DNA from: Spirogloea muscicola
Taxonomy: Eukaryota
Length of the DNA stretch: 38,456 bases
NCBI GenBank assembly: GCA_009602725.1
Contig: WELB01000001.1
Coordinates: forward strand, 314,171-352,626
Direction of reading: 5' to 3'
A program made the translations under genes and the position numbers. Shown here piece after piece: positions 22,942 through 33,899 of this stretch. The notes beneath the pieces are model-generated. The model was not told where the DNA came from and searched no databases. It saw only the letters and a list, made by a program, of their open reading frames with translations. Each line of letters begins with the position of its first letter. Positions within the stretch are counted from its first letter, which is position 1.

Positions 22942-25603
22942 ACGGCAGCAGTCTCATTCAGCTTCACAAGCATGTCAGCCTTTGGGCCGGACCCCTGGAA
23001 CCATGTGTCCGGGCCATACTCCGGCTGGAATACATCCTGCATCCTCCCCAACAACGCACAGACAGCACAACTCACTATGAGTCCATCGTCTTACAAGTTT
23101 TCCACCAACCCACAGTCACAGGGCCACGAGCGCAGAGCCTGACCCATAAGTTTGTGGAGTGTGTATTTACAGTGTCAGTGTGCTTTTTGCGGGTCCGCCG
23201 CGCCCGTCGAGGAAGCTGGTCCTCGCACAGTATTGGATTCTGCTGCTGCCCCTTTCGGCCGCCCACCGGGAGAGGGAGGGAGTACTGCAGCAGTTCAAGG
23301 CACGCAACTTGAGAGACTTGTCAAAAGCGGGGCACAATCAGTCACAGGGCCAGACTGAGTAGGACAATCATGTGAAAGTCTGCTCCTGCGGCAGGCAGAA
23401 GCTCCAGGGATTACCCTCGTTCCCCGCAGGCTAAACCGCTTGCGAACGCCTGCCTGCAGCACACCGTCCTCCCCAACGGTCATGGACACGCGATGCAGGG
23501 TGCCGCCGTTCCCACACTTGGGACAGAACAGCCGCCCTCGCTCGGTGGTCACCGCGTTGCAGGCCTGGCACTTGAGCCCCCACCTGCAGGCCGCAAAGAC
23601 CAGGGCTTCGTTATGCATAGTCACATCTCTACAGCAGACTTTGTGTGGGTTTGTGAACACAAGCTTGAATATCAGCAAATGGAGGATCTATCTCAAAGTT
23701 TATACATAAGTCATGGCCAGCGCCACCAGCACCGGTACCTCTGCACTTTCTTGATCCGCATGCCGTTGTCGGCGACCAGGCGGAGACCCATCTGCAGTAT
23801 GACATTTTGCATGGCAAAGTCCGTCGTGGCGCAGGCAACGGACGACTCCCATGGCATACTGGCTATGGAGCTGGAGCTAGAGCAGGACACAGCTGCACCC
23901 TCAACTTGCGCCAGCTGCAGAGCCTGCAGCTCCTGCTCTGCCACCTCCTCTGAAGGAGGGCATTCAGCGGCCTCGTTGTGTAGCGAGCCAGCACTCGCGC
24001 CTCCGCCCTCAAGCTCTTCATCATCGTCCTCCTCTTCCCACCAGGATTCATCGTGCTTACTGCCCCCTCCCTCACAGGCTGTCTCATCATTTTCCTCCTC
24101 AACTCCACTGCTGTTGTCCTCTGGTTCAGCGTCAGCTTCTGTCGCTGCTTTGCCATTGTCAACGTCGTCTCTGGTCGTGGCAGAGGCTGTTGTCCCAACC
24201 CTGAGCGGGAGCAGGTCAACAGGCATGGCCCCAGATTGGCAGGACTCCGCCTTGTCAGTGGCCAGCTCCGCCTGAGGTTTGGGGTTTGACAATGCCACTG
24301 CAGCTTCAGCCTCTGCCTGCAGGCTGGCCTGCGCCTGCCGGGCAGCCCTCCGCTGCTGCCGCCGCCGGACGCTGTTGCTCACCGCCGCGGCCCACTCGCC
24401 ATCATCCTCGTCCCGGAGAAGCACTGTAGAAGCCCCTACAGCCACGTTGGTCTTGCCCTCCAGCGCCTGCAATTGAGCCGCGGCAACGGCCTTGGCATCC
24501 GACTTGGGGCGTCCACGCCGGGGGGGGTGGGGCCTGCGACAAGGCCGGCCATCGTCTCGGACGAGGTCGATGCCCTCCCAGTCCTCCGGGTTAGGCACTG
24601 CGCCCCAGCCGGGAGGGTTCTGGGCGGCGCCGGTCCTCCCTGCCTTGGCCTGGAGGACGAGCGGCGGCGGCGCCGCCCGAAGATGGGCGGTGCCGTGCGC
24701 CTCAGCTTCCAGCGTGCGCGCCAGGGCTATGAGCCTGACGTCCGTCCGCGACAGGACGTCGAGGTCTCCGGTTGCCCGCGCAAAGGTCACCACTGCCATG
24801 GCAGCGCGGCCAGTACCAGCAAGGGCGTCAGCTTTACATTGTACTCCAACAAGTTGTTATGGAGCAACTATATTGTAAATTTCCCGTAAGGTTACAAACT
24901 TGATCTACTTATACCTAGTAAAGCACCTCGTGAAGCTTTTCACTAAGGATACCAACTTCAAATACTTATAACCTAATAAGCACCTCGTGAAGCTAATTCA
25001 CTGGCTATATCGTAAACCCTAGCCCTCCTGCAGCGGCCTGGAAATACGAAGCGCTTGAATCACAACACGAGTGCATACAGCAGGTATTGGACCTGCATCT
25101 CAAAATGCGTAAAATGAGCGCACTGAAAGCTGTTGGCCATTCCGCTGCGCACCTGCACGGAGGGACTCCTCGGCAGGCTCCGCAGTGCGCAACACGAAAG
25201 GCAGAGCGCCGAGGAAGCGCCGCGCCTCGCGGTCTCGAACCTCCGCCAGAACTTCGTCGGTCGTGACGAGCTCGGCGCCGCCCGCCGCGAGCGCGGCGAG
25301 GCCGCCGGCGCCCCGGATCAGGGCGTTGGCGTCGAGGACCACTCTGCGCAGCCGATGGCGGCCGTTCGTGGCCGCCGTCGCCGCCGCCGCTGCCGAAGGC
25401 GGCGCGTCCTCGCCGCAAGCGGCGGTTGCCGGCGGGGCCGCCACGGCAGGCGGCAGTGGCCTGTCGGAGGCGACCGGGGCCGCCGCCGCCGCCGCCGATG
25501 AGGGGGAGGCCGCTGGGGGTTCCCTGCGCAGCGCCTGCGCAAATGATGTCGCCGCCGCCAGTTTCGGAGCCGCCGCCGCCGCCGTCGCCGCCGCCGCTGC
25601 CGT
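22942..25603 (-). CDS. NOB1: 20S pre-rRNA D-site endonuclease NOB1 (PIN domain plus Zn ribbon); 3' end in gap; putative ACG start
   Basis: Exons give VVLDANALI..VTTDEVLAEVRD..EPAEESLRAVVTFARATGDLDVLSRTDVRLIALARTLEAE, SVACATTDFAMQNVILQMGLRL, KCQAC..FCPKCGNGGTLHRV, RFSLRGTR/YSLPLP..GGR and PILCEDQLP. The frame is open to an ACG at 25603 with no AUG in exon 1. Confidence 0.92.
25014..25022 (+). promoter_or_regulatory. Telo-box (AAACCCTA) in NOB1 intron 1
   Basis: Exact AAACCCTAG. Telo-boxes are typical of the 5' regions of plant ribosome-biogenesis genes. Confidence 0.4.
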
Positions 25604-25665
25604 GGCGGAGCCTGGCCTTGGCTCGGATCAAAGCTCGCCGCCGGAAGCCGAGTTAGTCGAGCTGA

Positions 25666-28600
25666 CGGCGGCGGCGGCGGCGGCGGCGGCGGCGCAGGTT
25701 CGCGACCTCCGGGGTGGCCTTCCTTCTCCTCCGAGCCTGGGCGGCCGCCACCGGTCAGTCGATCGCCGGGACGACCATGACCATGACCTCCTGGTCATTG
25801 CTGTCGTCTGGCCATCGAAGCTCGTTGCGGCACAAGCGGGCGGTCGCTTCACAACAGCTGTGGCGACGGCCAGCGGCAACGCTGCGGTCTCCTGTCGTAT
25901 CACATTGAAGTAATCTGTTGACTCGCTGGCCTTCAGAACTGATGCTGCTAAGTCAGCTAAATTACAGGCAGGAGAATGAGTAGAATTTCGTAGTGGTGGT
26001 AAAAGGAATGGGGCCTTGCCGCGGTCGCCGCAGGGACGGAGATCGGCTTCTGGCAGCTGCTCTGGGCCCCGCGGCTGGCCATGGCATTGCTGTCCTTTCT
26101 TCTAGGTGGCGCCCTCAACCTCCTCATGCACCAGGCTGTCTGTTCCATCATGCAGACCAACTATTAGCTAGGCTCACTGCTGGTGATCTCTTTATTGTAC
26201 TTGTCAATTGCATGGCTTGCTGAGCTTGCTGCCCCTTCCCCAACCCTGTCAATACCAATGACAATGGTCAGTGTAGCAGATTACAACCAAAGTAACAAGT
26301 CCTTCATGCGCTTGGGCAACCCAACCCACAAACCAGCTCCTTGTATCGTATCCTTAGCATTTGAGGCTTCTGCAAGCCCTGTCGCTTGGTCTGACCCTGC
26401 GCCGGTGCGCATGACAGACGCTGCAGCCTTTCGCCTCTGCTCAAGGCTTGGCGTGCCGCGAATGGGGCGCGCCCTCACGCTCGCGTCGGCCTGGCCGCTT
26501 CTCGTCCTCCAAGTCCGCCCCTTCTCCAACTCCCTGGAGGCCGTCCTCCTGGCCCTCACACTCATCGTGGCTGTCGACGCGGACGGTGTCGTGCACGCTC
26601 AGTCGGCCGAGGAGCCTCTGCATGCCGAGGACTCGCAAGTGCGGGAAGAGGACAGACGACAAGTGACCCCTTTGACAGAAGCGCCAGAAGTAGCAGGAGA
26701 CAGAAGACGCCAGGTCTTACGGCGAAAGCTATTGGCTTGCTGCGTGGTCGGCGCTGTGACGGCACTCGGCTTCTTCATCCGTTTCACTTTCGTGCTGTTT
26801 GCCCTGCCGGTGGGGCTTTATGTCGTCCTCGACGCTTCCTGGGCACCCTTGGCAGACTGTGGTTATGGCCGCGCTCGGGGCATGGTTGCAAGGGCCCTCG
26901 CAGGTGCTGGGGGGTTTCTCCTCTGCTCCAGCATGCTCGTGTTTTGCGATTCGATATATTTCTGCTCGCTGTCGTTCACCTGGGACAAGCTTGACTTCCA
27001 TCTGCTCAAGAACTTGGCCAAACTGGTATGTTTCCAGCTGTACCCACATGCTGTCTAAAAAGTCTATGCACCCGAAAGGTTGCTCAATGTGAAACTTATC
27101 ATTCTGATAAGTGGTCTTGATCTGGTTAAGTTGAAGCAAGGAGCAAGGGTGTACAACATAGACCGCCAGAGGTCTAAGTCTCTGAGGCTAGTCCTGGTCA
27201 CCTACAGTCAGTGATATGCGATGCAATACATGTTGACTTCCATGCCCCGTCATTAGCAGAAGGTGGTCATAACCCCATTGAATGGCATCATATATAACTC
27301 AAAATTCTCCAATCTGGCCATCCATGGTATGTTTGCTGCACCGTTTGCAAAGTTTGCATCTGCATTGCATTCGCAATGCAAATCTTTAGCTCCCAGTAAG
27401 ACTGACTAGTTGCTGCCTGCTCCTCATTGGAGGGAAGCTGGAGAATATATTCCTCTGAACGTTCTGCATGTCAACACTTGTATTGTTGTGCTAGGTCTGC
27501 ATCCGCACTATTTACATGCCCTCGTCAACCTGCCGCTGCTATTTGGACCGCTTGCCATGGCTGCGCTCAAGGGAGCCGGGGCTCATCTGAAGATGCTGAC
27601 CACCATTACAGGTAAGCACTTGCACACAGTATTTTATTTGTTCAGTACCCAGGCACTCTTCTCGCCTCCGTAGAGAAACGTAAAACTCAGCAAGGTAATT
27701 TTCCTGCTTTTGGACACATCGCAAGGAGGTCAATGCTCATGCTTGAGCGTCCACGTTTCTGTGAACATCTACACACAAGAAGCCTCTGCAGACATCAGGC
27801 AGGCTAGCACGTCTGCAACCGCTGGAAGGGGTCTTCGAGTAACCCTTGGTGCCTGCATCATCCTGCCACTCGTCGCTCTTTCAATGGCCCCACACCAGGC
27901 AACCTCCAGCTCAGTGCAAACTTAAGGGTCCACCTCTGGTCAAGCTAGTCGGCCACGATGGAGTCAGTGTGTTTGGATTCCACCCATGAGGATCTGCCAG
28001 ACCATGCCGCTATGTCTATACTGGTAAAGTATCGTGCTCTGTGTAGCTGGTCCAATAGGGGTTTTAGAAAGGTAGAAGTCTTGAGTAACATATCAATCTG
28101 GTCAGATGCTGGTTCCACGTGAAGCTGGCAAGCAACTTCATCGTTGTTAGTGCTCATAGGGGCTGCGTGTTCTGGTCCAAGAAGACTCCTATCCCCGTGC
28201 TGCTCTTTGACCCCGCACTTTTACCAACCGTGTAGTCCACACAAATCAATCTCACACTTCTTACTCTTCAGAAGATCTAAGTAGGAGGTGAGACAGAGGT
28301 CGTGTAATGAAGGGATGAGCCTATCTCTGCAGGAGCCTCGCTTCCTGCTGCCAATGCTCTTACCACTTGCGGTGCTTTATGGGGACTTCCCAATGTCAAG
28401 TAAGAAGATACTGGTAAGAGACTCTGTCTATCCCTGAGAAAGGGACTTCTGAGGTGTTTAAAAGTGGCTCCTGCACTAAGAGGTCACAGCCCATAGTCTT
28501 GTCCAAAAACCTCTGTTGCCCTCCTTTTGGGCTGGCGAATGCAGTAGTGCTGATATTAGCATTTTCGCTGAGGTCATCCTCGTCTTTCCTTTCAGACTTC

Positions 28601-30078
28601 CTAGCCATGTAGTGACGTTGATGAGACCTTCATCGAGTCTTGTGTGTCCTTGCAGATTCTGTGGGTCTCATTCAATAGTTTTGGCCTTGTGTTCTTTGGA
28701 TTCGTTCACCAGGTATTGAGGCTCCTCCGTCAGGTCTCGTCGCTAGCCTCCAGCAAGTCAAAGGTTGTAATATGCAGAGAGACACTGGCCATGTAGCACG
28801 TGAGGCACAGCAAGCTCGAGTCTACTACAAACTGACTGAAATTATGTAGCTGTAGAGCGTGTAACCCGGATCTTGCATGCCGTTTTCAGGGGGGCCTTGT
28901 TCCTGCTCTAGCATACATGCACCGGCATCTGCACGCCCCTGAGCTCACAGCACAGTGGCTGGATCTCCAGGATGGGAAAGGTCCAGCATGCACCCCCGCT
29001 TCTCTTATGCATCACAATCAGGCCTATGATTTTGTTAGCAATTGTCACATCCCAAATGTCTTGAGAATCTGACAGCATTGTGGAGTCTGTGCTCAGATAC
29101 TTCAACCTGCAGAGGTGACTCTGGACCTACTCTTGCACGTCCTGTGCATGTGGACCTTATCTTCTACAGGACCTACATGCCCCCTGGCCACCTGCTTGCC
29201 ATCCCCAGCAGTGGCATCATTGGTGAGATAGGCAATTGATCCTACATGCTCCTCTATGCATGCGCAACTCACTTGAGCCAGCAACCAACAAGCACACAAT
29301 GACTGGATCACAGTCCTCATTTATTGCTGGCCAGCTTCTTATTGGTGCCTAAGCTATGATAGTCTTGGGTGCATTAGTGGCATGACAACACCCTTTTTAC
29401 ATCTCAAATGGCTTCTGAGATCGTGGATCTGGATTAGCCTGCCTCATGTTGTGATTGTCGGTGAGCCCAGATGCAAAGTCCAGGCAACTATCTGTGGAGG
29501 TTTTGGACCTGGGCGATAGTCCGTGTGGGGCCTTTGAGCATGCTGTCCTATCGAGGCGTGCCACAAGCTGCCTGGATTCAAGACCATGCGACTCAGACAC
29601 GTGGGCAACCAAAGCAGACTTTTGCCTAGCCGCTTACAACATCACCATCTTGATCGCTCCTGCCACAGTCTCGCTGGGGAGGATGATGGCGTTGCGAGGT
29701 TTCACAGAGCATCAGCCATCAACGCCAGATACAGCGCTAGGCAATAGTGCTGCTTGTGCCTGCCCTTCCTCCTGTCAGGACGACGTGCACACCTGTGCTG
29801 CGGAAGGCCAAAGCTGTGAACACAGTGGCTGCCTCCACCTTCTGCACAGCTTTGGCCCGCACCTCAGCACCGAAGAGCTGGATGTGTTGGTGGCGCTGGC
29901 CTATCAAGAGGGGCTGCAAGCCATGACTCCAGCCTTGAAGCTCAATGTATACATTGACCTTTGTCGCCTGCATGGGCGTCGCTGCTACATTTGGCAGAGG
30001 GAAGCTCATCAAAGTCCACTACCAGGTTGCATTGGATTAGACAGCAGCCTCAAGGAGTGCCGAAGCCTTGTCTCATGA
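25666..30078 (+). CDS. PIGZ: GPI mannosyltransferase 4 (PIG-Z/SMP3, GT22)-like; 5' end defective or unresolved, possibly a pseudogene
   Basis: Exons give LLWAPRLAMALLSFLL/DAAAFRL..VRPFSNSLEA, GFFIRFTF, ITPLNGIIYN..NLAIHG/LHPHYLHALVNLPLLFG, LSMAPHQ/EPRFLLP, FFGFVHQ/GGLVP, FYRTYMPP and FGPHLSTE. No AUG or HPDE-motif exon was found at the 5' end. Confidence 0.85.
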
Positions 30079-30926
30079 TGGAACATGACAGACAGAGCCA
30101 AGTGGTCCTATTTGCTGGCTGATGGAATGCTTGCTCAATCATTCTGTGCCCCTCCCCGTGGCACCGTTTGAAGAGCGTAGCCAATGGCACAGTAGCTTCA
30201 TTCTCCACTGTACTGAAGGCCATGGGCCTTGAGAAGATCAGATGAGGGCATGGTGCACATGAGAAGCAATGCTGGTAGGTAAGCAGCATCACGTCAAGGG
30301 AGCTAGCATCTCTGCACAGACATAAGCTTGTCCATGCACTTCCACGTCACTCCTGAACAGAGAGTACTGCAGCAAGATGCTACAAAGAATGAAGTATGTT
30401 GAGTATAATGCCCTCGCTTTGCAAGCAGCTGCCACAACTGGATGAGCTAACGGTAGTTGAGGATGTCAGACATTACCCAAGAGATAATTGACACCGTTCC
30501 AAATTCACGTTATCAAGTGCGACCAACACGAGCCTCTTAAACTTCGCCCTCCGACCAATCTATGTGTCCTTTGCCATGGACAAGCTATCCAATGTAGAAC
30601 GTTCATACCACTCTGGTGCCAGCAGCTGCGTGCCACAATTGATGCATACGTCTTGCATTGCCAATCCACAGGACATTCAAAACAAATACTGTACATGACT
30701 GGAAGATGCGCCTGTGATGACAGCCTAACAAAGAATGCCTTAGGAGCACTGATGAAGCGAAAGCCGTGGGTGGCTGCAACAGAAATGCCTTGACAATGAT
30801 ATAGGGGCATGAGTGACAGCAGCTGACAGTAAGCCACTGGCTCCAGGTTGCAGAGCACCCTTATGAATGAGGACACGGAAGTATGTGCAGAGAATACAGG
30901 ATGCTCAGTTCGTCACCTTCATGCTG

Positions 30927-33002
30927 TTACTCGTCCACCTCCATGGTGCTGCCATTCTGCAACGCCTCGCTGGCGCGCCGGGGGCGATACTTCCGGGACT
31001 GCTTAGCCCCAGGCCGAGCTGCCGCTACAAAAGCCACTCCATTAGCGCCAGCACCTCCCCTGTGGGCAGCCTCACTACTGGCAGCCTCCTCAAGGTCTGG
31101 CAACGTATCATCATCCTCCAACGGTAGCCCCTCGTCGTCCTTCTGCGTCGCGGCGACCACCACCCTGGAGCTCAGCTGGCCAGGCTCTGCCGGCGCTGCC
31201 ACCGGGCTGCCGGCGTCCTCTCCTGACGGCTGGTCATGACCGTCAAGCGCGGCACGGGCGCTTCGTGGCAGCGGCCCCAGCCGTCCACCGCGGCTTCTGC
31301 CACCCAAGCTCACGCGACCAACCTCGTCATTGACAGAGGCGGGCGCACACGATCCCACCACCGGCAGCGAGGCTGGGCGCACGAACTGAGGTCGGACCGC
31401 TTCTGCAGTGGCATCGACGCCTCCCGCCGCAGCTGGCGGCATCGCCCCCGAGCTCGGCAGGTGTGACCTCGCCGCGGCCAGCGCGGCGGCCAAGGCCGAG
31501 TGGTTGGCGGCAGACTCCTCCTCGCTGCCCTGGCCATCAGCGATGCTGGCGCTGGGGTCGTCTTCTTCGGTCCAATCGAGCGAGTAGTACGTGTACTTCT
31601 CGGGGTGGCGCACGTGGTCGGGCACCTGGCTCGGCCCGGAAGCCCGTCGCGGAGGCCGTGGCGGCAGCTTCGTGGCAGCCGCCGGCTGCGCCGCCGCCAC
31701 GGCCTCGCCGGAGCCATGGCCCTCCTCCACTGAGAACCGCACCGTCCGCCTGGGCCGCTTGGCGCTGCCGGGCCGCGCCAGGCCTCCCCGACCTGACACC
31801 AGCGCCAGCACTTCTGCCGGCTCACTCCGGGCATGCTGTGGCCGGCCGCTGTCGTCGCTCTGTAGTCCCTCACTATTCACAACCTGCGGACTTGCAGCTG
31901 GGAGGTCTACCTCAGCATGGCCACAAGGTAGTGCCGTGCTGGGGACCTGCAGTGGGCCTGGACCCTCGTCAGCCCCCATGCTGCCACCGCCTTTGGTGGG
32001 CGCCGGCCCCGCCTCGGCCTGCGCAGCCGCGGCCTCCGCTTCGTCCTCCTCCAGCCGAGCGGCTGCCGCACCGCGATCGGTCCTCGGGTCATGCCGCCCC
32101 CCAGGTTCCTCTGCCGCCGCCGACACCGCCGCTGCTGGCGCCACAGCGGCAGCAGTGCCGGCAGCAGAGTCCTCGACGAGCTGACCGCCTCCATGGCCGC
32201 CGTACGCGTCCCTCATGTACACACGCTCGCCGTCAGTCCGGGCGCCCACAGCAACTGGAGGAGCGCCACAGCACGCCACAGTAACATCAGCCGTTTCATC
32301 CCACATATTTTGCTATATAGATAGAGATAGCCATCTTGCGACGCTATCTACTGATTGCAGAGGTCCGATGGGGGCACCCACAGCAACTGGAGGAGCGGGA
32401 CAGGGAGCCAGCAGTAAATCAGCCATTATTTGCCAATTGATTTTCTGCCAGAGATAGCCATCTTGCGACGCCGTCTAGAGGCCAGAGAGGGGGTCCGATG
32501 CAACTGCCGTGAAGCGGTCAGGGAGGGCGTCGAAGTCGGCGAGTGCCGGGGTTTAAACCCGTGTTTCCAGATTCACAATTTAGGACTTTAACAGGCGCCT
32601 CGGCGACGGCGGCGGCGGGGCAAGCGCACCTTGGTCGAACTCGTCCTCCTCGACCTCGGCGTCCAGCGCGTCGTCCAGGCCCACCATGGCTGCCACCGCG
32701 CGCACCTCCGCCTCCTCCTCGCTCAGCTCGCGGCCGCCCCCGCCATCCTCGTCTTCGGCGGCCGCGTCGCCCGGCCCCAGCAGCAGCGCGCCTTCTTCGC
32801 CGCCGCCGCCGCCGCCGCCGCCGCCTTCGCCGTCGCCGTCGCGCTGCGGCAGCGCCGGGGGCGCGGGGCGGGCGGCTGCACCTGGCAGGAGGAGGGGTTT
32901 GGGGCTCGGGAGGGCTTAGCACGCTAGGGTTGTCAGCGGGCCACCGAGCGCCCCGAAGGCGCGCGCCAGGCGGTCGCCAAAGGACGGCGCCGCCGCCGCC
33001 AT
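30927..33002 (-). CDS. TSSC4: TSSC4-family (U5 snRNP-associated) protein; three exons
   Basis: Exons 33002-32945, 32881-32630 and 32254-30927 give MAAAAPSFGDRLARAFGAL..MVGLDDALDAEVEEDEFDQVAVG..RVYMRD..KRPRRTVRF..VPDHVRHPEKYTYYSLDW, matching the TSSC4 motif and the plant-type N-terminus. Confidence 0.85.
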
Positions 33003-33114
33003 GGACGCTTGCTCGCGGCTCCCCGCCGCCGCGCCGCCGCCGCCGTGGACGCCAACAGTCCGACGGCAAGGACTGCCGGTTCACACCGTTCACTGCGTCC
33101 ACTTCCCAAGTGCT

Positions 33115-33572
33115 TTTTTTCTGCATTTTCTGCCTGAACAATGTAATGGCTTGAATTGGCCTCGCTTTAATTTCATGCGCACCGCGCGCCTTCTCTCTCT
33201 GACGGGGGGGGGTGTACCAGACGAAAGTGCTCGCCCATTGAGGATAGGGGCTGAAAAAGCCAGCCCAAAAAAGAATGAACAGAGTATGAGAAGGGGGCCA
33301 GGGGAAGCGCTAAGAAAAACAAGCACACAGAGAAACAAAGTAGCTACGAATCACTCAGTAGCCCCTGCTAAGCAGCCACAGATCAGAGATGCTGGGCTCC
33401 TGGGCGACGTCTTTCCGCCGGCTAGCTACTCAGACTTGCATCTCCTGACTAGAGGTACTGAGCGTTCCCTGGCTGATGTCTTAGTCCTTTCGTGCTCCGG
33501 CTCCTTCAGACCTTGTCCATTCCTTTGGGCTGGCCTTTCCCAGCCACCAGTCAATCTGGCCGCGCTTCCTCT
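33115..33572. mobile_element. Small island of three CRE-like 3' ends (H on +, D on -, A on +) just upstream of TSSC4
   Basis: 33115-33200 matches 7255-7335. 33397-33222 (-) reads PSISDLWLLSRGY* plus UTR. 33400-33572 matches 6638-6812 almost exactly. Confidence 0.85.
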
Positions 33573-33899
33573 CCTGGTACTACCCTTTTCTGGTGCTGGA
33601 GCTGCCGAGCCTGTGGCTCCGCTAGTACAGTCACGAACACTGTCTGCATGCAGCTGGCTGGCCTCTACAGCTCTTCTAACGTCAGCAGCCGCATCCAACT
33701 TCCACGACACCGGGTCGCACGGCTTTGGAGCAGCAGGCCTACGCCCCCGCCGGCGGGCCTCCCCCGCCGCCGCCGCCGCCGCCGCACTTTCGCGGGGCCC
33801 GGCATGTGCTCGGCTCGGAGTCGGCCTCCGCTTTGGCTGTACCGCATCGCGCAGCTTACGCAGCCGCTCGGCCCTCGGTGGCCTCGCTTGGCTTTTTCT

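Noticed and set aside
22462..23312. ORFs spanning the N run
   Set aside because: Artefacts of translating the assembly gap.
24904..25002. ~40-nt diverged direct repeat (…aagcacctcgtgaagct…) in NOB1 intron 1
   Set aside because: An ordinary local duplication with no splice or structural consequence visible.
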